Both the position numbers and the translations under genes were made by a program. Of a stretch of 64,000 nt of DNA, positions 56,945 to 64,000 are shown in pieces; position 1 is the first letter of the stretch, and every line of letters begins with the position of its first letter. The notes beneath the pieces were generated by a model. It did not search any database. It was not told the DNA's origin and saw only the letters and a program-made list of their open reading frames with translations. Source of the DNA: an uncultured Bacteroidales bacterium (GTDB lineage Bacteria; Bacteroidota; Bacteroidia; Bacteroidales; BM520); contig CAZQNY010000001.1 of assembly GCA_964594665.1 (NCBI GenBank), positions 9,599-73,598 on the forward strand, read 5' to 3'.

Positions 56945-57442
56945 TTAGAACGGCCAGAAGCTATTATCATTCCATATCTTTTCCTTCAGTTCCTGATCCA
57001 GCTTAAAAAGAATCTGATGATGGCCTCTTTCCCAATCGGCGAGCCAGGTGTAAAACTTTTTTTCATCCGGATCTGTGGCTTCTTCAGCACGGCCGGCATA
57101 GAGAGCAATGGCTTTGTTTTCCATTTCTATGGCAGAGGCGATTGCAGCAGCTTCAAAACTGGCAGCATTGATCTTTTCAACCATTTTTTCTGAGAGAACT
57201 TCATCTGCAATGGTTGGATCGGCAGGCACCTCCATATCACTGAATTTACCTCCGTCCTCATAGCTTTTATACTGCTGAGCAAGAAATTTCACATGATCGG
57301 TTTCTTCGTCTGCCATAGCAAGAAAAATGTGTTTGACATCCGGGTCATCACTTTTCTCTGCTGCTGTTGTATAAAATGCTTTCCCGCGTTTTTCAAGCAG
57401 AATAGCCTGCTTCAGAATTTCTAATGTCTTTGTGGTTTCCAT
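56945..57442 (-). CDS. Ferritin-like / rubrerythrin-family diiron protein
   Basis: ATG at 57442. There are two ExxH half-sites (MADEETDHVKF and ADWERGHHQIL) in a four-helix-bundle-sized protein. Confidence 0.7.
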   Translation of the reverse strand: METTKTLEILKQAILLEKRGKAFYTTAAEKSDDPDVKHIFLAMADEETDHVKFLAQQYKSYEDGGKFSDMEVPADPTIADEVLSEKMVEKINAASFEAAAIASAIEMENKAIALYAGRAEEATDPDEKKFYTWLADWERGHHQILFKLDQELKEKIWNDNSFWPF

Positions 57443-57498
57443 AGAATTTTGTGTATTGTTAGTAGTTTTCCTTTTTAACAAATTCTATGGCAATAAGT

Positions 57499-59565
57499 TT
57501 ACAACGGGAATAATGCAATTGCAAAACCACCGCCTTCAGCAAGATGAATATTCAGTACCGATTCAGATGTTACTTCTTTGTTTTCAATCAGGTAATCCTC
57601 AGGATTCTCATTCCAGTGAGCATTGTCACCATCTTTATAGATTTCAGCACGATATTTTTTGCCTTGCTCCAAAAAATCAAAGTGAATATCCATATCACGG
57701 CTCTTCTCGTTGGTGATCCCACCAACAAACCATCTTTCACCTTCTCTTTCTTTCCGGGCTATAGTGACATATTCACCAACCTCCCCATTTAAGACCACGG
57801 ATTTTTCCCAGTCTACAGCTACATCCTCAATAAATTTAAAAGCAGGATGATTTTTGTAATTATAAATTAAATCAGCAGCCATTTGTATGGGACTATAAAT
57901 AACAACATATAGTGCCAGCTGCTGAGCCAGAGTAGTGTTGATTTGATTATCGGGACGATATGGGTTTAACTTCATATCAAAAATCCCCGGAGTAAAATCT
58001 ATCGGCCCGGCCAGCATACGTGTAAAGGCAACTGTTGGCAGATGGGAGGGAGGATTGCCACCGTCCTCAGCCCAGGCATTGAATTCCTGTCCACGAAGGC
58101 CTTCACGGGAAATAGCATTAGGGTAGGTCCTGCGTTTTCCGGTTGCCTTTATGGGCTCATGGGCATTTATCGCTACCTGGTATTCAAGCCCTTTCTCCAG
58201 AACCTTTTGGTAATGGTTAACCATATATTGCCCGTGATGGTATTCGCCTTTGGGGAGAATTTTCCCAACATAGCCGGTTTTTACTGCATGAATACCCAAC
58301 GAATTCATTAACTGATATGCTGTGTCAAGCTGCTTTGTATAGGTCTCTGTTGCGGCACTTGTTTCATGATGCATAATAAGCTCAACACCTTTTTCTTTAC
58401 CATAACGAACAACTTCCTCAAGGTCATAATCGGGGTAGGGGGTTACGAAATCAAAAACACCTTCCCGGTCTTCAAACCCAATCCAATGTTCCCATCCGGT
58501 ATTCCAGCCTTCCACTAAAACACCACCAAAGCCATGCTCTGCAGCGAAATCCATTAATTCTTTGGTGTACTCCGTTGTTGCTCCATGGTTGCCACTGGCA
58601 TAATCCCAGGTTCTTCTGTTAAGATGCATATCCCACCATATACCAATGTATTTCATCGGCTTTATCCATTCTGTTTCATCAGTTAATGCCGGGTCATTAA
58701 GGTTAACAATAAGATCCGATTCGATAAGTCCTCCGGCATCAGGTGATATCTGGATCGTCCTCCAGGGGGTTTCAAAAGGCGTTTCTCTTACCACCTTATA
58801 TTCATGATTATCACTGCCCACCAAACAGCTGATAAAGCCATTTTTGTCCTCATTCAGCTTGAGTGTCATCCCTGAATAATCCGTTAAACCGGCCTCATGA
58901 ATACTTAAATGCGTTCCTGACGGAGTAATCATGGTTATTGGTGTTGCTGTAGCATTGTTGGGAATGGATGTTTGAGCCAGATTGGCACCACGATATTTCG
59001 TTGCATCAATCTCTGAAACTGTCGATTTTGTATATAAATGCTCGTATATATCCCAATCACCTGGAATCCAGAATGCCGTATTGTCCTCCGGAAAATTAAA
59101 TTCAGTCAACTCATCGGCAATAAATGCGCGAAACATCTCTTTTTGTTCAGGGAATAAATATCTAAAGCCAATTCCATCATCAAAAACCCTGATTTCCATT
59201 GAAAAAACACGCTTAGGTTCATGCGTTTCTTTAAGGTCTACAATCAACCGGTTATAGGTCTCATCAACAATTCTTTTTTCCCCCCAGGGCATTTCCCACT
59301 GCCCGGAATATGAATCCTTATGAATATCAATTATCTCGATGCTATCACCTAAGGCTCCGGCTCTGATAAATTCAAATCCAAGCTTTGATTGCGTGATGAT
59401 CTGCTCCTGTTTATATTTTACGGAATAAACAAGACTATTGTCTGGGGTTTCAACCGAAAAGGTGATATCACCTGAAGGGGAAGTTACACTTGCTTTTTGT
59501 GGTGCATTGCATGATGAAAGAATCACTGCTGTTACCATTAGAGTTGTGATGAAATAGTTTTTCAT
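57499..59565 (-). CDS. Glycoside hydrolase family 97 (SusB-like alpha-glucosidase)
   Basis: ATG at 59565 gives a lipoprotein signal (VILSSCNAPQ). Motifs GIWWDMH, GFGGVLVEGWN, MHHET and REGLRGQE are typical of GH97. Confidence 0.85.
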   Translation of the reverse strand: MKNYFITTLMVTAVILSSCNAPQKASVTSPSGDITFSVETPDNSLVYSVKYKQEQIITQSKLGFEFIRAGALGDSIEIIDIHKDSYSGQWEMPWGEKRIVDETYNRLIVDLKETHEPKRVFSMEIRVFDDGIGFRYLFPEQKEMFRAFIADELTEFNFPEDNTAFWIPGDWDIYEHLYTKSTVSEIDATKYRGANLAQTSIPNNATATPITMITPSGTHLSIHEAGLTDYSGMTLKLNEDKNGFISCLVGSDNHEYKVVRETPFETPWRTIQISPDAGGLIESDLIVNLNDPALTDETEWIKPMKYIGIWWDMHLNRRTWDYASGNHGATTEYTKELMDFAAEHGFGGVLVEGWNTGWEHWIGFEDREGVFDFVTPYPDYDLEEVVRYGKEKGVELIMHHETSAATETYTKQLDTAYQLMNSLGIHAVKTGYVGKILPKGEYHHGQYMVNHYQKVLEKGLEYQVAINAHEPIKATGKRRTYPNAISREGLRGQEFNAWAEDGGNPPSHLPTVAFTRMLAGPIDFTPGIFDMKLNPYRPDNQINTTLAQQLALYVVIYSPIQMAADLIYNYKNHPAFKFIEDVAVDWEKSVVLNGEVGEYVTIARKEREGERWFVGGITNEKSRDMDIHFDFLEQGKKYRAEIYKDGDNAHWNENPEDYLIENKEVTSESVLNIHLAEGGGFAIALFPL

Positions 59566-59577
59566 TGGGAATTGTTT

Positions 59578-59595
59578 GTGATATTTGAATATCAC
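59578..59595. promoter_or_regulatory. Palindrome GTGATATT-TG-AATATCAC just upstream of the GH97 start
   Basis: 8-bp arms separated by 2 nt. The element lies 13 nt upstream of ATG 59565 on the minus strand. Confidence 0.3.
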
Positions 59596-59678
59596 GAAAA
59601 TAAACATTTGACAGTTAATAATGGGTAACCAGGAGTATAAAAATTTCGCAACCGTTTTAAAATGAATTATAATAAGCC

Positions 59679-60674
59679 TCAGAGGCGTTCATTGCTCATT
59701 GAAATGGCATCCAGATCCTCAATGCGTTGCTTCAGGACTTTAATGTATTCCTGGGTGGTAGAATAATATTTAACTTCCAATGACTTACGAAGCCATGCTA
59801 ATGCAAGGTCATATTCTCCCTCCAGTTCACATATTACAGCCATGTTATACATACTCAGGGCTGCAGTTTTTCTGTTTTTATGATCGGTATAGGAACGGAA
59901 TATGGCGGCGGCTTCCTGTAATTTGTTTTCACGCAAAGCCATGACTCCTTTGTTAAAATCATCATATGGAAGCTCATAATATAGTCTGCTGCGGGTTTGC
60001 CAGGTTGGAATATGCTTTTCAGCAAACATGCGCCCCGTTTCCCATCCTAACTCGGCAATAACATCTTCAGTACGTGGTAGTTGTTCTATCGTTGCGTTTA
60101 TAAAAAAACCCAACTCATTATAGGTAAGCGTATCAATTGTGATTTCCTCTTTTACAACTCTCTGGTCTATGGGATTAATAAATATCCAGCGATTTGCAAT
60201 GATATAATCTGAATAGGCATCAACATATCCCATATCATTAAAGAAGAAATCACTTTCAACTTCAAAATCAGTCTCATCAAGAATTAATATCAGATTACTG
60301 TTGTTATCTTCCGCAAGGCCTGAAAGTTTCTGCCAGTCAGAGTAATTAATTTTATTCTCTTTATTGACCCGTATTTGAAGACTACTGTCAATATCAAAAG
60401 GGATATTTCCATAGTCATCCAGAGAAAAATAAAGCCCCTCCAATGCAAATTTGTGTATCGTGTCAATTTGCTGCTCCTTAACAATCTCTGCCGGACGGTA
60501 ATAACTGTTTTGGAGAATCGTTAACTTCGTCTCATTAGTAAGGATTTTTGATTGGGAAGGTGTAAGCACCTGAATATCTTTATAGGAATAATATGTGCAT
60601 CCGGAAAATAATGCTGTAATAATAAAAAAGATTAAAAACCTGATATATGTGTTTTTATATGTATGCATATTCAA
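59679..60674 (-). CDS. TPR-containing lipoprotein, hypothetical
   Basis: Lipobox ITALFSGC. C-terminal TPR-like helices (AALSMYNMAVICELEGEYDLALAWLRKSLEV). Confidence 0.6.
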   Translation of the reverse strand: MNMHTYKNTYIRFLIFFIITALFSGCTYYSYKDIQVLTPSQSKILTNETKLTILQNSYYRPAEIVKEQQIDTIHKFALEGLYFSLDDYGNIPFDIDSSLQIRVNKENKINYSDWQKLSGLAEDNNSNLILILDETDFEVESDFFFNDMGYVDAYSDYIIANRWIFINPIDQRVVKEEITIDTLTYNELGFFINATIEQLPRTEDVIAELGWETGRMFAEKHIPTWQTRSRLYYELPYDDFNKGVMALRENKLQEAAAIFRSYTDHKNRKTAALSMYNMAVICELEGEYDLALAWLRKSLEVKYYSTTQEYIKVLKQRIEDLDAISMSNERL

Positions 60675-60749
60675 ATGTTAAACTTCTATGAATTCAAATA
60701 TCGAGCCAAATTACAAAAATCCTTACTTTCGCCATAATAAAGACTATTT

Positions 60750-61673
60750 ATGCACTCAAATAATAATGATTTTTCTCAACCATGCAGGTTTTGTCCACGA
60801 CAATGCATGGTAGTGAGGAGTTCCGGAGAAAAAGGATACTGCAATCTGGATGAAAAACTCTATGTAAGCTCCGTTTGTATACATACCGGTGAAGAACCTC
60901 CTGTTTCCGGAGAGAAGGGGATTTGCAATGTGTTTTTCAGCCATTGCAATTTAAGCTGTATCTATTGCCAGAATTTTCAAATCAGTAACAATAACAAGAT
61001 TTATCCTGTTGCATCTGATTATCAAAAGACTGTTGAACAGATAGTTTACTGTCTTGAAAAAGGAGCGTCAGGACTTGGCTTTGTGAGCCCTTCCCATCAG
61101 ATCCCGCAGATGGTATCGCTTATCGATAAAGTCAGAAGTTTGGGTTTCAACCCAACAATTGTCTATAATACAAATGGTTACGATGACCCCGGAACATTAA
61201 AAACCATTGAAGATTATGTTGACGTATACCTTGTGGATTTTAAATATTCCGATTCATCGGTGGCAAAAGAGTTGTCCGACGTGTCAGATTATCCGGAAAT
61301 TGCATTAAAAGCAATTCAGGAAATGATACGACAAAAAGGAGTATCTCTTACATATTCTACTGAAGGCCTTGCAAAACAGGGTGTTATAATCCGTCATCTT
61401 GTATTGCCCGGTTATATTGATAATAGTATTGGTGTGATGAATATGATTGCAGATTTTCTGGATCCAAAAATTGCCTTATCTTTAATGTCTCAATATTACC
61501 CGGCTGGCGGTGCATTGAAGCATGACAAGCTCAACAGGACGCTAAAAGTTGAAGAGTATCAGCGCGTTGTTGATTATATTGAGTTTCTTGGGTTTGATAA
61601 CGGATGGATTCAGGAAATGGACAGCAAGAATAATTATCAGCCGGATTTTGATAAAGAGACGCCGTTTGAGTAA
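60750..61673 (+). CDS. Radical SAM protein, PflX-like (pyruvate formate-lyase activase homologue)
   Basis: N-terminal Cys cluster CRFCPRQC..., the radical SAM motif CNLSCIYCQN, and a size of ~300 aa, typical of COG1313/PflX. Confidence 0.7.
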   Translation: MHSNNNDFSQPCRFCPRQCMVVRSSGEKGYCNLDEKLYVSSVCIHTGEEPPVSGEKGICNVFFSHCNLSCIYCQNFQISNNNKIYPVASDYQKTVEQIVYCLEKGASGLGFVSPSHQIPQMVSLIDKVRSLGFNPTIVYNTNGYDDPGTLKTIEDYVDVYLVDFKYSDSSVAKELSDVSDYPEIALKAIQEMIRQKGVSLTYSTEGLAKQGVIIRHLVLPGYIDNSIGVMNMIADFLDPKIALSLMSQYYPAGGALKHDKLNRTLKVEEYQRVVDYIEFLGFDNGWIQEMDSKNNYQPDFDKETPFE

Positions 61674-61705
61674 ATAACCAAGCGAAAAAACCTAAAATAA
61701 CACCT

Positions 61706-62638
61706 ATGTTTGAAAATCTGGAAGTACTCGATTCCATTAAGCTTAATTTTAGTCCTCAGGGCCTTGCAATGCTTAATGTTACCATTGCATTTATCATGTT
61801 TGGTGTGGCTCTGGATATTAAGCTTTCACAGTTTAAGGAATTGCTGCGAAGGCCCAAACCAGCAATAGTAGGTATTGTCAGCCAGTGGATATTATTACCG
61901 GCATTAACATATTTGCTGATTCTGGCAATCCAGCCTTCAGCAGCTGTGGCTCTGGGGATGTTACTGGTAGCATCCTGCCCCGGAGGGAATATATCGAATT
62001 TCATCAGCTCACTGGCAAAGGCAAATGTTGCACTTTCCGTAAGTATGACAGCCTTTAGTACCTTGGCATGTATTGTCTTAACGCCGTTAAATTTTGCATT
62101 CTGGGGTGGTTTGTATGCTGCTTCATCACCTCTGCTGGTACCCATACAAATCGATCCGCTGGAAATGGTCAAAACCGTTGCTATCCTTCTGGGGCTTCCC
62201 GTTACTCTGGGAATGCTCTTTTCATGGAAATTCCCTGAAACAACAAAGAAAATCCGTAAAGGAGTGAAAATAGCCTCCATGTTTATCTTTATCGGTTTTG
62301 TGATTGGTGCGTTTGCTGCCAACTACGACCATTTCCTCAATTATATTGGGTATATTTTCATTATTGTCCTGCTACATAATGGTATTGCATTGCTGGGCGG
62401 TTATAATTTTGCACGGCTTTTTGGCCTGGTACAAAACGACCAGCGGACCATTGGCATCGAAACAGGAATTCAAAACTCGGGGTTGGGTTTGGCCTTAATC
62501 TTCAATCCAAATATCTTTGACCAGTCGCTGCAGCTTGGAGGGATGGCATTTATTGCCGCCTGGTGGGGGATATGGCATATTCTCTCCGGAATGACCATTG
62601 CATGGCTCTGGAACAGGAGGCCATTGAAACTTAATTAG
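61706..62638 (+). CDS. Bile acid:sodium symporter (BASS) family transporter
   Basis: Polytopic membrane protein with LLVASCPGGNISN and GIETGIQNSGLGLAL motifs, typical of the BASS/ACR3 fold. Confidence 0.85.
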   Translation: MFENLEVLDSIKLNFSPQGLAMLNVTIAFIMFGVALDIKLSQFKELLRRPKPAIVGIVSQWILLPALTYLLILAIQPSAAVALGMLLVASCPGGNISNFISSLAKANVALSVSMTAFSTLACIVLTPLNFAFWGGLYAASSPLLVPIQIDPLEMVKTVAILLGLPVTLGMLFSWKFPETTKKIRKGVKIASMFIFIGFVIGAFAANYDHFLNYIGYIFIIVLLHNGIALLGGYNFARLFGLVQNDQRTIGIETGIQNSGLGLALIFNPNIFDQSLQLGGMAFIAAWWGIWHILSGMTIAWLWNRRPLKLN

Positions 62639-62646
62639 TCCTTATT

Positions 62647-63990
62647 ATGACAAAAATAATTCAGAAATATGATTACCGGTATGCTTTGGGCCGGTTTGTT
62701 TCAAACATCGTGATGCGTTTGTATCACCGTAAAATCTGGGTGAGCGGTGTAGAGAATATTCCAAAGGATACTCCGGTAGTCTTTGGACCAAATCATCAAA
62801 ATGCCCTTATCGATGCCCTCGCTGTAATATACGCCGTTCCCGGGCAACCGGTGTTTCTTGCACGCGCCGATATTTTCCAAAAAGGCTTTCTGAGATGGGC
62901 CTTTCGGGGTATGAAAATTTTACCTGTTTACCGAATACGTGATGGAAAAGAAAGCCTTGCCAATAACGATGATGTCTTTAATGAAGCCAAAGGCGTGCTT
63001 GTGGATAAAAAATTCCTTGCCTTGTTCCCCGAAGCTGTTCATAACCCTTTACGCCGATTATTACCCCTGAAAAAAGGCATCCCCAGAATTGTTTTCCTCA
63101 CCGAAGCAGATTATAATTTTAGTCTTGGAACAGTCGTGGTTCCTGTGGGTATTTATTACAGTGATACCGACCGTTTTGATGAAACACTGCAGATACAGTT
63201 CGGAAAGCCTGTTGAAGTAGCTCAGTTTAAGGAGCTATTCAGCACAAACCCTCAAAAGGCACATATCGCTTTGCGCGACGCAATGGCTGAAGGTATGCGC
63301 CCGCTGATGATTGATATCAAAGACAAACAGCATTATCAAATGTATGAATGCCTTAGGTATCTTTATAATAAAAAAATGAGGCAACGCCTTAATCTGAAGA
63401 CAAATAACCAACCTGATAAATTTATTGCTGATAAAGCAATCATAAAAATGGTTGAAGAGAATACAGCTGAAAACGATCAGTTGCTGGAGCTTATAAACCA
63501 AAAAACCACAAGAATTACTAATGTGCTTAAAGAACATGATATTGAGCCACGGTATTTCTTTCCGGCAGTTCGGAAAATCACAACACCATTGCGTATTTTA
63601 TCATCTGTTCTGATGATGCCATTTTTCCTTTATGGTGGTGGAAACCATATTTTCCCAATCGTCGCAGGTATATTCGCAGCAAAAAAAATCCCTGACCCTC
63701 AGTTTATTTCTTCTGTCAAATTTGGTATTGGGCTATTTCTGACGCCGCTTTTTTATCTCCTGCAATTCTTCATCTTTCAGGCAATTTTCCATAATTGGAT
63801 CTGGTCACTGATTTATGTGGCTACATTGCCATTGGCATTTTTACTGTTTAAGTATACCCGCAGATTCTATAAAACGACATTAATATTGCGCAAAAGCACA
63901 TGCTTCAAACGAAAATACCCGGATCAAAGTAACGAATTGGGGACTCTTTCACAGGAGATTAAATCGATGCTTGACAAAATGTCGTTTTAA
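62647..63990 (+). CDS. Lysophospholipid (1-acyl-sn-glycerol-3-phosphate) acyltransferase family protein with C-terminal membrane domain
   Basis: Acyltransferase blocks PNHQNALIDAL, LPVYRIRDG and LFPEAVHN. The C-terminal ~130 aa contain TM helices. Confidence 0.75.
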   Translation: MTKIIQKYDYRYALGRFVSNIVMRLYHRKIWVSGVENIPKDTPVVFGPNHQNALIDALAVIYAVPGQPVFLARADIFQKGFLRWAFRGMKILPVYRIRDGKESLANNDDVFNEAKGVLVDKKFLALFPEAVHNPLRRLLPLKKGIPRIVFLTEADYNFSLGTVVVPVGIYYSDTDRFDETLQIQFGKPVEVAQFKELFSTNPQKAHIALRDAMAEGMRPLMIDIKDKQHYQMYECLRYLYNKKMRQRLNLKTNNQPDKFIADKAIIKMVEENTAENDQLLELINQKTTRITNVLKEHDIEPRYFFPAVRKITTPLRILSSVLMMPFFLYGGGNHIFPIVAGIFAAKKIPDPQFISSVKFGIGLFLTPLFYLLQFFIFQAIFHNWIWSLIYVATLPLAFLLFKYTRRFYKTTLILRKSTCFKRKYPDQSNELGTLSQEIKSMLDKMSF

Positions 63991-64000
63991 TTTGTTCCTT

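Noticed and set aside
1-64000. Mobile element, prophage or genomic island boundaries.
   Set aside because: I found no integrase, transposase, relaxase, phage structural genes, tRNA attachment sites or long terminal repeats. Gene content is mostly housekeeping with consistent promoter and terminator style throughout.

Overview
This 64-kb window reads as an ordinary chromosomal segment, most likely from an anaerobic member of the Bacteroidota. That placement is inferred from a complete rnfBCDGEA operon, a type III glutamine synthetase, several proteins ending in T9SS C-terminal sorting domains, GH97 and GH20 glycosidases, and TAnnTTTG -7 boxes lying 20-30 nt upstream of many start codons. I call about 52 protein genes. 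I recognised no rRNA, tRNA, CRISPR array, transposase or integrase. Gene content, in order along the window: an SDR, an RseC-like protein, rnf, sfsA, parC, a BatA-like protein, sbcDC, a soluble phosphorelay, GS-III, mntP, three T9SS cargo proteins (an Asp-box propeller, a CotH-LTD protein, and a propeller with tandem modules), rimO, ppa, a dus-family gene, metH-metF, a GH20-cutC-tatD cluster, a DUF1015-serA-serC cluster, a beta-lactamase-fold hydrolase, GH97, a PflX-like radical SAM protein, a BASS transporter and an acyltransferase. The most interesting locus is a tightly overlapping four-gene minus-strand operon at 20820-24326. It is headed by a stand-alone CarH-like B12-binding protein that carries both the Wx9EH and ExHxxG photoreceptor signatures but has no DNA-binding domain. 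It is followed by an unrecognisable 153-aa helical protein, a soluble PAS histidine kinase and a REC-HisKA-HATPase hybrid. This looks like a candidate cobalamin/light-responsive phosphorelay with no known output. Secondary observations are structured non-coding elements: nested CACAAAG inverted repeats at 51.5 kb, twin 26-28-bp palindromes with compensatory changes at 56.85 kb, a PurR/LacI-like 18-bp perfect palindrome at 26.86 kb, and a possible sRNA or long 3' UTR at 38.5-38.7 kb. All functional calls rest on motif and family recognition by eye; no database search was run.
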